Shown here piece by piece: positions 13,370 through 25,248 of a DNA stretch of 64,000 nucleotides (positions are counted from its first letter, which is position 1; every line of letters starts with the position of its first letter). The DNA is from Mobula hypostoma (lineage: Eukaryota): the NCBI RefSeq assembly GCF_963921235.1, contig NC_086101.1, positions 36,518,001-36,582,000 on the forward strand, in the 5' to 3' direction. A program made the translations under genes and the position numbers. The notes under the pieces are model-generated. The model saw only the letters and a list, made by a program, of their open reading frames with translations. It did not search any database and was not told where the DNA came from.

Positions 13370-14878
13370 AGACAATAAGACATTGGAACAGAATTAGGCA
13401 ATTAAGCCCAGCGAGTCCATTCCACTCTTTCATCATGGCTGATCCCAGATCACATTCAACCCCATACACCTGCCCTCTAACCATATCCCTTGATGCCCCG
13501 ACCAATCAGGAATCCATCAACTTCTACTTTGAATATACCCACAGACTTGGCCTCCACCGCAGTTTGTGGCAGACCGTTCCAGAGATTCACCATTCTTTGG
13601 CTAAAAAAATTCCTCCTTCCTTCTGTTCTAAAAAGTCACTCCTCCATTTTGAGTCTGTGCCCTTTAGTTCTGGATACCCCCACAAAAGGAAACATCGTCT
13701 CCACATCCACCTAATCTAGTCCTTTCAACATTCCTGACAAACGGTCTCGGCCTGAAACGTCGACTGCACCTCTTCCTACAGATGCTGCCTGGCCTGCTGC
13801 GTTCACCAGCAACTTTGATGTGTGTTGCTTGAATTTCCAGCATCTGTAGAATTCCTGTTGTTTGCCTTTCAACATTCAGTAGGTTTCAAAGAGATCTCCA
13901 TGCATTCTTCTAAATTCTAGTGAGTACAGGCCCAAAGCTGCCAAGTGTTCCTCATACGTAAACGCCTTCATTTCCAGAGTCATCCTCATGAACCTCTTTT
14001 GGAGTCTCTCCAATGACAACACATCCTTTCTGAGATATAGGGCCCAAAACTGTTGGCAATACTCCACTGCAGCCTGACTAGTGTCTTATAAAGGCTCAGC
14101 ATTATCCCCTTGTTTTTAATATTCTATCCCCTTAAAATAAATGCCAACATTGCATTTGCCTTGTTTACCACAGACTCAACCTGGGAATTAACCTTCTGGA
14201 AGTCTTGCAGAAGGACTCCCAAGTCCCTTTGCACCTCTGATGTTTGAATTTTCTCTCCACTTAGATAATAGTCTGTACACAATGCATTATCATATAATTC
14301 CCAATGCTATATTCCATCTGCCACTTTTTAGCCCATTCTTCCAATTTGTCCAAGTCCTGCTGCAATCGAATTGCTTCCTCAGCACTATTGACTCCTCCAA
14401 CTATGTTTGTATCATCCACAAACTTTGCCATACAGCCATCAATTCCATTATCTAAATCACTGACAAACAATTTGAAAAGTAGCGGTCCCAGTATTTACCC
14501 CTGAGGAACACCACTAGTCACTGGCAGCCAACCAGAAAAGGCCCCCTTTATTCTCACTCACTGCCTCCTGCTCATCAGCCATTCTTCTATCCATGCCAGT
14601 ATCTTCCTGTAACACCAGAGGATTTTATCTTGTTAAGCAGTCTCATGTGAGGCACCTTATCAAATGTTTTCTGAAAATCTAAGTAAATGACATCCACAGC
14701 CTCTCCTTTGTCCACCCTGCTTGTTACTTCCTCGAAGAATTCTAACAAATTTGTCAGCCAAGATTTCTCTTTTAAAAGAAACCACACTGACGCTGACTTA
14801 CTTTATCATTAGTCTCCAGGTACCCCAAAACCTCATCCTGAACAATGGATTCCAACACGTTCCCAACCACTGAGGCCT
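13370..14878 (-). mobile_element. CR1 LINE 3' fragment (RT)
   Basis: LTNLLEFFEEVT, YLDFQK, KFVDDT motifs. Confidence 0.9.
13734..13864 (+). mobile_element. Penelope mini-insertion (degenerate hammerhead, CTGACAA) inside a CR1
   Basis: 13-bp TSD CCTTTCAACATTC (13721-13733, 13865-13877). Confidence 0.8.
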
Positions 14879-15159
14879 ACAATGAGCCTATGCACACTAC
14901 CTCACTTTTCCTCCCCTTTTTTTTGTACTACTTATTTAATTTAACTTTTACATACATTTCCTATTATAATAACTTATGATGTTTTATTATGCATTGTGAA
15001 GTATTGCTGCCGCAAAACAATAAATTTCACAACATATGCTAGTGATACTAAACCTGATTCAGATTTTGATTCTGAATTTGGTTGTAAACAGTATCTTAAA
15101 GGAGATGGAGCACTAAGGTACAGTGCTTTTGAAGGGAAATTCCTTGCTCTGCATTCATG

Positions 15160-15500
15160 TTGTACACAGTTATTAGAGCTGCAACCTCACTGTGCCAAAA
15201 TCCCTGGTCCAATCCTGACCCTGGATGCTGTCTATGTGGAATTTACATATTCTCCCTGTGACCATATGGGTTTCCTCTGCGTGTTGTGGGTGCTTCCCAC
15301 ATCCCAAAGACATGCAGGTTGGTGGATTAATTCACCACCGTAAATTGCCACTATTATGAGTTGCTAAAAACAGTCAATAAGAACACAGAGAATAAAATGA
15401 TGGGATTCACGTAGGATTAGTGTGTGTGGATGGTTGATGGTAGGTACAGACTCACTCGGCTGACTGGCCTGCTTCCATGCTGTATCGCTCTGACTCTGTG
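15160..15500 (+). mobile_element. tRNA-derived V-SINE/HE1-like SINE
   Basis: Central motif TTCTCCCTGTGACC..GGGTTTCCTC..CCCACATCCCAAAGAC; further copies at ~17850-18115(-), ~32155-32413(+), ~35710-35993(-). Confidence 0.7.
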
Positions 15501-15639
15501 TTAACCAGCAAAAAGTGCAACCACTGCTGACAACACACCTACATTAGGAAAATGCAGAAGAAAGAGATCTCAGAAGGTTTATGGATCAGTGGTTAGAAAA
15601 ACTAATGGGTGCCTTGGCTGTGGAGCACAAAGATTGAGA

Positions 15640-16105
15640 TTTTTTAAATTGTTGAAAAAAAATTCACAAGGATGTTCCTGGGACTGGAAAACTTGAGTTA
15701 CAGCGCTGGGCAGGTTGGAGTCTTTTTCCCCAAAGTGCAGGAAGCTGAGGGGCATAGAAAATCATGAGGGTTATAGACAAGATGAATTATTATAATTTTT
15801 CAATCTTTTTCCAAAGGTCAGGGAAGACCAAAACTAAAGAGAGGAAAGATTTAAAGGGAAATTGAGGATGTTTCCCCAGAGGGAGATGCATATATGTAAT
15901 GAGTCGCCAGACAAGGTGTAGAAGTAGGTACAATTACAATGTTTTAAAAAAAAACATTTTTTCGAGGAACATGGATAAGAAAGATTTAGCGGGATATGGG
16001 CCAAATGCAGGTAATTTGGACTAACTCAGTTAGCCGATTTGGTTCACACATGGACGAGTTGGGCCAAAGGACTTGTTTCTAGAAAGTATAACTTTATGCC
16101 TCTAT
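15640..16105 (+). mobile_element. Old CR1 3' fragment
   Basis: Degenerate similarity to the 3' end of 52590-53875. Confidence 0.65.
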
Positions 16106-16684
16106 GCTGGACTGCGAGCCAATGCAAATCACCTAACACAGGGCTGGTAGATTAATGTTCAAAAACACCGCACAAGCTTGAAAAGATGTACTTCTACAAA
16201 TAACTAGCAAACAAATTTACTGCTGGGCTCAAAAAGTAATAACAATTTCTCAAAGAGTCAAGTATTAGAGCCATTCTCAAACAGCTGTCCTATTTTGTTT
16301 TAGACAATAGGTGCAGGAGTAGGCCATTCAGCCCTTCGAGCCAGCACCACCATTCACTGTGATCATGGCTGATCATCCAAATCAGTTTTGTATTGTGGCT
16401 TCCGATGCAATATTGTCAGAATTAATCTTTGATGGTCTCATTGTATTTTTCCAGGTTAGGAATTCATCCAGTTCAGTTCAGCTTGAATTCACAGTGGTAT
16501 ATAAATAAGACAATTAACAGAAGAACATTTAGAACTTTGAATATTTTAAAACATTTTTAGTTTAACCATTAGAGAGTCAGAGATAAACAACATGGAAACA
16601 GGCCCTTCAGCCCTACTTGTCCATACCAATCAAGTTGTCTCACTGACCCAGCCCCATATTTCTAATTTGGCCTCTATTTTGAGG

Positions 16685-17342
16685 ATCAGAATCAACTTTA
16701 CTCACCATATATATTACAAATTTGCTGTGACGTGTCCGTCAAGAGCATGACAGGCGACAAAACACAATAACATTCAACAATTATAAAGAATTATATAAAA
16801 ATTAAGTTCTAGGTTGAAGTATGGATATGTAACAAAATGTGCATAAACACCAGCATGTATTTGCAACGTAAACAGCATTATAAAGTGATTTTAAAGTGTT
16901 TACAGTACAGTGCATTGACGAATTAAGAGATAGAGGGGTTTGAAGCGGGGGAGCTAACTGGAATGGTTCATCAGATTAACAAAGGGCGGGGGGGGATGGC
17001 AGTAAGAAACTTTTAAGATGTCATGAAGTTTTTGTTTTAATAGTCTTACAGCATCTTCCAGAAGACAGCTTTTGGGATAGGCAGTTTGCTGGTTTGGTGG
17101 TGCCGACAATGATTTTTTCCTGCCCGCTTCTTTGCCCTAGACACATTCAAGCCCTGCAGTGATGGGAGACTGCGTCCAAAAACCTTTTCTGCTGACCTGA
17201 CAGTTTGCTGTAGCTTTTGTACATTGTGAGAGGATGCTGCACCAACCATACGATAATGGCTGATGTGAGGATGCTCTCTATGATGGCAGTGTAGAATTGC
17301 ACCAGTAGTCTTGGGGAAGATGGAATTTTACTAACTGCTGCA
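16685..17342 (-). mobile_element. Rex1/Babar 3' fragment
   Basis: KLQQTVRSAEKV..LPSL; AATAAA-like signal plus TTCTGA tail. Confidence 0.7.
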
Positions 17343-17344
17343 AC

Positions 17345-17720
17345 CAGTTCCTATCCAGGTACTTATTCAAGTGTCATAATTGTCCCTTCCCCTACCTCTT
17401 CCTCTGGCAGCTTGCTCCATATATTCACCAACCTCTGCATAAAATAATTGCTACTCATGTCTCTTTTAAATCTTTCCCCTCTCACTTTAGAACCTCTAGT
17501 TTTGGAGTCTCCCACCTTTGGGAAAAGACTGATCATTCACCTTATCTATGCCACTCATTATTATATACCTCAAAGGTCATCCCTCAGCCTCCTGTGGTCC
17601 TGGAAAAAAAAAGTCCCAGTTTATCCAGCTTCTCCTTTTAACTCAAACCATCTTGAACCAGTAACATCCTTATAAATCTTTTCTGCACTTCTTCCAGTTT
17701 AATGACATCCTTCCTTGATT
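17345..17720 (-). mobile_element. Old CR1 3' fragment (continues ~16570-16680)
   Basis: CR1 3' sequence interrupted by a Rex1 copy. Confidence 0.6.
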
Positions 17721-18699
17721 AGGGTGACTAGGACTGTACACAGCACTCCAAAAGTGGCCTTAACAATGTCTTGCAACAGCATAGAGATATTGAACACAGA
17801 AATGGGCCCTGAAGCCTACTAAGCCAGTGTCAATTATCAAGCACCAACTTGTTCTTATCCTATGTTAATCTTATTTTAACCTCCCCATGTTCCCAACAAT
17901 TCCTCCAGATTCTACACTAAAAACTCTGAGCAATCTACAATGGCCAACTAACCTACAAACGCACGTCTTCGGGGTGCTGAAGGAAACTGGATCACTTGGA
18001 GGAAACTCGATCAGCTACAGGAAACTCATGTGAGAATGTACAAACTCTACACAGGTGCACCAGAGGTCAGGACTGAATCCAAGTCATTGAAGTTAGAAGC
18101 AGACAGCTCTATTTCTGGTCAAAGTGTTTAAGTTTCCATCCTCAGCTGACACCAAGTAGAAATGTTGCCAAACATTTCTACTTCCAACTGTAAAAATACT
18201 TAAACCAATTAAGGCAGCTCTTCTTTTGTCTTAGTTTAGATTAAAGATCCCAGCACAAACCAGAGGTCAAATCTGGATACTTTAGTGTCTTACTTACTAA
18301 ATACTTGGAGCTGTACAGTAACAGAACCACTGAGGTTTTTTTTATATATTCCCAGCAGTTTCTAAGTTCTTGAGCATCAAAATGGTACTAGTGTGGAATC
18401 TGGCAAGTGAAAATTATAGCCACCAACAATAAACTCAAACTAATTCACAACAAAGAAATGGCAAAACAAGTTATCACCAGTCCCTTGTTACAGAAGAACA
18501 AAAGGAGAAAATGTCATCTGGGTTTTGTGAGCTTAGATGAAGCTTCATCTGTTATTTGAAATAAAAGCAGCTTCTAATGTTATTGCAAAATAAGCTGGAA
18601 AAAAAAGACATATTTTGGTAACTCCCACAAATTAGTTAAATCTGTGATGATATGTACAGAGCCAAATGTGACTTTTGCTCTCTTCAATCTCAATCATGT

Positions 18700-19010
18700 A
18701 ACATACACATTGGGCTCTAGCCCAACATCAGAGGCTTAACCACAATATTAGGGCTAATCTCCAGGACCGAGGGAGTGCTGCACTGTCAGAGATTCAGATT
18801 CCTAGCATCTGCAGTTCTTTGATTTTCATGTACTGTTGGGGGAGATGTCTTTCAAATGACACTTTAAAAAGAGTGCCAATCTGGTTCTTGTGTGTACAAG
18901 AACACTTCCAGCACAGTCTGAAGTAGGAGAATTCTCACGGCTACTGTGGTCAACATTTATCCTACTACCAATACCACACCAAAAAAAAAATCTGTTATTT
19001 ATTGCAACCA
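18700..19010 (+). mobile_element. Ancient Deu-domain SINE (SacSINE1/AmnSINE1-like)
   Basis: GAGGGAGTGCTGCACTGTC motif; related decayed copies at ~370-600, ~6850-6980(-), ~10600-10920, ~58560-58720 with 61305-61500. Confidence 0.5.
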
Positions 19011-19480
19011 TATTAGTCTTGGACAACCAGGGATTTTCTTTCCTGAACATGACAGTTGACATGATTAATTTTAGGTGGAAGTTTGGATAAGGTAAAGAAA
19101 TACTGTTTCCATTGGCAGGTAGGTCAGTAACTTGGAGATAGAGTCTTTAAACTAATAGCAAGGGACACGGGGGAAAACAAAACTTGTTTGGAGTGGCAGT
19201 ATTACAATCTGGAAATACTGCCTTAAAGAGTGGTGGAAGCAAATTAACAAAAGGAAAAGGAATTTGATAATTGAAAAATAAAAACTATAGCGGTAAAAAG
19301 CCAAGAAATGAAATTATGTTGCTCATCAGATAACTCGGTACTGTACGTTGGGTTGAATTTTGCCTTCAGTGTAATGGCATTCTAACATTTTACAACAGAA
19401 CAGTTCAAATAAACATATTTCCAAAGCTATGCCTCTCTTTTTAATTAATACAGAAGATATTGCAATAAAGAGCATCTTAC

Positions 19481-19528
19481 CCGACATGCAATCTCTCCTC
19501 TGTTCGCAATAAGGATCTTGTCAAATGT
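19481..19528 (-). CDS. pcca: pcca coding exon 3 (TFDKILIANRGEIACR), start of biotin carboxylase domain
   Basis: CTGCAG acceptor, GTAAGA donor, 48 nt. Contains the biotin carboxylase N-terminal signature KILIANRGEIA; the TFDK...ACR context matches PCCA. Confidence 0.97.
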
Positions 19529-20964
19529 CTGCAGTGGAAACAAACACCAAAAAACCTTAATGGTTGATACAGTATTAGTTGCAAGAAAGTTGATAGGAAT
19601 ATTTAACAAAGCTTAATACATCTACCAAAATTCTTGCCCACTCTCCCAATTAACTCCTCACAAAAATCAGAGTGGCAAGCACTAATATGCCACTACAAGA
19701 GGAGATTATGGTTTTATAAGGTTTTGTTTGATCCATCGATAATAATCGGACATGTGATGATGAAATAGTTTTACTCTCAAGCTACAGGTGCTGAAGCAAG
19801 TTTAACATCCTTGCTAATTAACCATCATAAAAATAATCTGCCCCAAATCTCAATAAAATTTCCGTATCACTTTATTGTTTTGATATTTTATAGCCTGACT
19901 AAAAGTAAAATCTAAAAACCAACAGTACTTGTATTTTATTGTATCCTTGCTTTCTTACCTTTGTTGAAATATGTAATTGCACGTAACAATCTCTAATACC
20001 AAAAGTTACCATATTTTATGGGCATATGTCCCTTCATTATTGGCCAACATATATTTAATTAGTACCTCGATTTGCCATCAATCTACCATCCCCTTGTTAA
20101 CATGCTACTTTTTTGCTCATATTACTATTCTCTTTAATATAGTCACTGAAAATGCCTACAAGCATGTCATTTATGTACATAAAAAAAACAAAGTCTCGGG
20201 CACAAGGCCACCCACCCAAGACCTAGCTATCTAAAAGACATCCATTACCCTATCAATTCCCTAGCACTAACTAGCAAGCTCTTGATCCATCTGGCAACAT
20301 CCTCTAAAATGTTAACTATTTTAATTTTTATAACATCACTTTCGTTGCATCTTATCTAAGACTTGTGAATAAACCGTGTTATGCTATTTCACAATTTCAG
20401 CAGTTGCATGAATATATTAATAGTGCCACACTACTCTCTAACATCCTACATAACTCTCTAACATTGTACTATAGTACAACTTCTGTACACACAGAATAAT
20501 TTTTTTTCTACAAGACAGAAGCTGAATCATTGCATCTAAGCCATCTTAATGTACACCTACTGAAAAATATTGTGATAGTACAACAGAGATTCCCCATTGT
20601 TCTTAAAAGCTGAAATAGCTACTCTATCTTTAGCTCCTTTGTTTCTAATACTCTTGTCTTACTTCCTCCAACAATAGATGAATTCCCAGTCCCTGATCAC
20701 TTAAGTGTTCTGGAAGCATCTCCCTCTCCTGTTCTCAATTACTGTTCTCCCCACCATCTATCCAACAGCTTTTACTAAGCACAAAATTTGAATTGTGCTT
20801 TTACTACTGGAGATTTATTAAGTTCTGCAAACCACCTCAGCCTCAATTCCAATTTCCGATCTTCCCGAATAGTTCCTTTATTGATATTTCTACTCATGTC
20901 ATTTGTTTTCATTTTCCTTCCTCATTCTTGCATGACACTGCCTTACTATATGTATTTACTGGGT

Positions 20965-21462
20965 ATGTCAAAGACTGGCAAATTTCTACAGATGTATATT
21001 GAAGGGCATTCTGACTGGTTGCATCACTGCCTGGTCTGGAGGCTTTAATCCACAGCATTGTAAAAAACTACACGGGGTCATACACTCAGCCAGCTCCATC
21101 ATGGGTATTCGGCTCCCCACCATCAAGAATCTCTTCAAAAGGCAGTGCCTCAAGAAGGTAGCATCCATCAATAAGAACTCTCACCATCCAGGAATGTCCT
21201 CTCCTCACAACTACCATCAGAGAGAAAGTAGAGGAGACCGAAGACCCACACTCTACGTTTTAGGAACAGCTTCTTCTCCTCACCACCAGATTTCTGAACA
21301 GGCCATGAACCTGTAAACACCATCTCACTATTTTGTTCTCTTTTTACACCATTTTATATTTCTTATTGCAGGAAGTCTTTTTTCAATATACTGCACTGCA
21401 TCGCTGCTGCAAAACAGAAAATTTCACAACACGTCAGTGATAATAAACCAGATTTTGATTCT
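20965..21462 (+). mobile_element. Rex1/Babar 3' fragment
   Basis: ILTGCITAW..RQCLKK; tail AATAAACCAGATTTTGATTCT. Confidence 0.8.
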
Positions 21463-21981
21463 ATACTATTGCCCTCATACCATTATAACCAAGAATGATC
21501 ATCTATCTTGTTACAGAGTACACCCTCTCTAAAACACTGCCAGCAACCCCCATCCTGTCTTCAAACCCAAGTGTTGCAAGATTTTCTCATTTCTGATGTG
21601 TCCTGCACTCAGTTTAAAAATATACACACACACACTTGCATGGGATGTAAAACTCAAAGAATCCACTTGATATCCATGGATAGTAGCGGTGCATCTGTGC
21701 TCAACCAGCATCTATCATCTCATACCTTAAGCCCATCTTCCTATTTCTTCTACCTTTTTATTGCCTAGCTTTCCTTTGGATACCTCCTTGCTATACTGTT
21801 CAACCACTTTGTGTACACATTTTCTGAAAGTAAAGGATGCTTCCGAACTTCCTGCTGAACTTAGCAAAGGCACTGTATATTCATGGTGTCAAGTTTTTGT
21901 CTCCTCGTGAGTGACAACATCTTCTCCATCTTCAGCCAAACAATTTCACATTCTCATAGATATCTATCAAGCAAAACTTAC

Positions 21982-22062
21982 AGATTCATTTGGATCGTGG
22001 ACTGTAGTAGAATATAATGCTCGAGAGACTGCAAAGCTGCACCTGGACCAGGATGTTGCATG
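21982..22062 (-). CDS. pcca: pcca coding exon 2 (HATSWSRCSFAVSRALYSTTVHDPNES)
   Basis: Acceptor TTTTATGTTCGTCTTCTAG, donor GTAAGT, 81 nt, phase 0. Resembles human exon 2 (H...VSR.L...YDPNEK). Confidence 0.9.
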
Positions 22063-22222
22063 CTAGAAGACGAACATAAAAGATTATTAAAATTTAATGT
22101 CACAAGGCCAGTCTGGTTCACATTCAACAACAATAAATTGCATTCATACAACATCTTAAATGTAACAAAACATCCCAAGCTATTTGATGGAAGAAATGAG
22201 ATCCAACACTAAGTCATGCAAG

Positions 22223-22385
22223 CAACACACATCAAAGTTGCTGGTGAACGCAGCAGGCCAGGCAGCATCTATAGGAAGAGGTACAGTCGACGTTTCAGGC
22301 CGAGACCCTTCGTCAGGACTAACTGAAGGAAGAGTGAGTAAGGGATTTGAAAGCTGGAGGGGGAGGGGGAGATCCAAAAAAAAAA
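22223..22385 (-). mobile_element. Penelope terminal-repeat mini-insertion carrying the intact hammerhead
   Basis: 15-bp TSD ACTAAGTCATGCAAG (22208-22222, 22386-22400); sequence matches the 3' ends of longer Penelope copies in the window. Confidence 0.8.
22284..22321 (-). ncRNA. Minimal type I hammerhead ribozyme (Penelope-type), intact core
   Basis: Minus strand reads TAGTC-CTGACGA-AGG-GTCTCGG-CCT-GAAA-CGTC^GACTG: stem I TAGTC/GACTG, CUGANGA, stem II AGG/CCU, GAAA, palindromic ACGU in place of helix III, GUC cleavage triplet. Confidence 0.75.
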
Positions 22386-23078
22386 ACTAAGTCATGCAAG
22401 GAGAGCCTCGGATGGGTGACTTTCAGAGATAGCTTTTAAAAATGTCACAGGGGAACGAAGGGGAAAAGAGATTTCTGGAATTAGAAACTGTTGAGCATTC
22501 AGAAAGGAAGAAGCCCTACAGTCCTTCAAACAATTTGATAGAAGCATGGATCTTGCATTTTTTTTCCTAGTCACCCAATCCTTTAACAAACTTATCAAAA
22601 TTTAACCAGCTCAGTTTTCAAATTTTCATCAGATCCCCAGCCTCAAAAATCTGTTGAAATTCAGAGCTCCAGTCTTCTTTATGTGATAAAGTACTTGCTA
22701 ATATTTGAGCAGCCAAGCTCTAATTTCAAGGTTTTGTCTTGTTGGTCAGGACTCCTCTTTGAAAAAAAATATTTATTCTTCTATTTCCCCTATAAACTGA
22801 TCATATTAAACAAACCACTCAATGAATAAAATCCCATAATCTTTTAGGTCTGCATAGCTCAAAATATCAGTTGGTGTCATGCATCCTGAGGTACTGTGGA
22901 AGCAAAACAGGGAAAATACATCATGGTGTAGTCAAGAAATTGGGGTGAACATGGGAGGAAAAACTAATATAAATACCACAGCAGTGCAGTACAAGGGGTC
23001 AAATCAAGTTTATTATGTCCAAAAGTACAATGAGGTACAGGTATAATGAAAAAAAACTTGCTTGCATATCACGTACAT

Positions 23079-24320
23079 CAGCGGTCCCCAACCACCGGGC
23101 CGCGGACTGGTACCAGGTCGCAAAGCATGTGCTACCGGGCCGCGAGGAAACGATATGATTTGGCGATATGAGTCAGCTGCACCTTTCCTCATTCCCTGTC
23201 ACGCCCACTGTTGAGCGATTACGCATGCGAGGTTATTACCCGCGTGTCATCCGTGTCAGCGCGGGAAGGAGATCAACTCCTCGAGCTTGCAAATGACGGC
23301 GGGCAGAAAAGTATGTTTGACATAACATCTCTGCCAGTATTCTGGATCAAAGTCAAGGCTAAATATCCTGAGATAGACACAAAAGCACTGAAAACGTTGC
23401 TTCCATTTCCAATGTTCTTCTGCGAAGCGGAGTTTTCTGCAATGAATGCAACGAAAACTAAATTGCGGAATAGATTGGACATAAGGAACCCCCTTCGAGT
23501 ATCACTGTCTCCCATCACCCATCGATAGAACCGCCTTGTTGCAGGAAAACAAGCCCAGGGCTCCCACTGATTCAGCGATATTGGTGTGTTGCAATGATTT
23601 TATATGTTCATACGGGGAAAATATTTGCTGTGTGTTTAATATCCAAACGTTACTTAAAATGTTATGATGCTATTGACATAGCCATATAACAATTACAGCA
23701 CGGAAACAGGCCATCTCTGCCCTTCTAGTCCGTGCAGAATGCTACTCTCACCTAGTCCCACCGACCTGCACTCAGCCCATAACCCTCCATTCCTTTCCTA
23801 TCCATATACCTATCCAATTTTTCTTTAAATGATAATATCGAACCTGCTTCTGCCACTTCTACTGGAAGTTTGTTCAACACTTACTTCAAGCTCCCCTGTC
23901 CTCCCCTGATAATTGACTTATCACTATATTCATGCGAGGAAAATATGCGCTGTGTGTTTAATATTAAATTCATTAGATAAAGCCTTTTAGAAACGAAATT
24001 GAGTGTATTAGCCATTTATCACCTATATTCAGGTCGTGATTAACAACATCTTCCCCCGCCCCACCCGAACAGAATCGCCAAAAACGACTTGCAGGGAAAA
24101 AAAATCGGCAGAAACATGCATGCGCAGGTCACCCATGTGCACTGGTGCCCGCGCAAGGCTTCATGGTCATTGTAGTCTATTTTGGGTAAACAACGTATTT
24201 GACTGCCACTCCTGTCCGTTGGCAACCCTACCGCCCTCCCCCCGGCCCGGTCGGCCGGTCCGCAAGAATATTGTCAACATTAAACCGGTCTACAGTGCAA
24301 AAAAAGGTTGGGGACCCCTG
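23079..24320 (+). mobile_element. hAT-Charlie (MER1/Charlie3-like) non-autonomous transposon
   Basis: 15-bp TIRs CAGCGGTCCCCAACC / GGTTGGGGACCCCTG; perfect 8-bp TSD ACGTACAT; ORF 23211-23528 is a hAT C-terminal dimerisation domain (FWIKVKAKYPEI..KALKTLLPFP..CEAEFS..KTKLRNRL). Confidence 0.92.
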
Positions 24321-24674
24321 ACGTACATAGATTCAGACAACTTACAATGCAAATTATACATGTTACATAAATTATATAAGACAGTTAAGAAATACAGAGT
24401 GTGCAAAACAACATTAAAAGAAAAAAATACCATGATCAGAAACAAGTCCACAGTAATGCAAAATCCAGTCTGTAGTGTTCTGTTGCTGATAGCACAGGAG
24501 TGCTTCATTGTCAAGGGGGCTACCTATCAGATAACATCCCATTTCTGTTATTGAATAAACAATTCTACAGCATTACTTCAAAGATGAGTGAAGGTATTCA
24601 CAGAGAATTTTGACCACAATTTATCTTTACTGAAGACATAGAAGTAAATTATCTGCTTACTTACATACAAAATC

Positions 24675-25248
24675 ATGAGACATAGGAGCAGAGTTATCTC
24701 ATTCGGCCCAAAGCCCATGATCCACATTTCATCATGGCTGATTTATTTTCCAACCTTCTCCCCATAACCTTATCAAGAACCTATCATCTGCCACTTTAAA
24801 TATACCCAATGACTTGACTTCCACAGCCACTTCTGGCCATGAATTCCACAGATTCACTACCCTCTGACTAAAGAAACTCCTCCTTAGGTCTGTTCTACAT
24901 GGACACCCCTCTAGCCTGAGGCTGCGCTCTCTGGTCCTAGATTCCCCAATATAGGAAACATCATCTCCACAACCACTCTATCTAGGGCTTCCATTTTCCA
25001 TAGGTATCAATGAGATCTAACCCCTTTATTCTTCTGAACTACAGCAAGTACAGCCATCCAATATGCATCGTACATTAATCCTTTCAATCCCGCAATCATT
25101 CTTGTGAATCTCCTCTGGACCGTCTGCAATGCCAAAACATCTTTTCTTAGATAACTACCCAAAACGGCTGACAATACACCATGCAGTCTGACCAATGTCT
25201 TATAAATCCTTGCTTTCATATTCTAGTCCTCTAAAATGAATGCTAACA
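24675..25248 (-). mobile_element. CR1 LINE 3' fragment
   Basis: YLRKDVLAL..VQRRFTRMI plus CR1 3' UTR. Confidence 0.85.

Noticed and set aside
19953-19995. Strong minus-strand donor AAG|GTAAGA in intron 2
   Set aside because: The nearest acceptors give 32-34 nt, not a multiple of 3, with weak pyrimidine tracts and no PCCA similarity.
24036-24554. 172-aa ORF
   Set aside because: Runs across a MITE terminus into flanking DNA with no recognisable domain.
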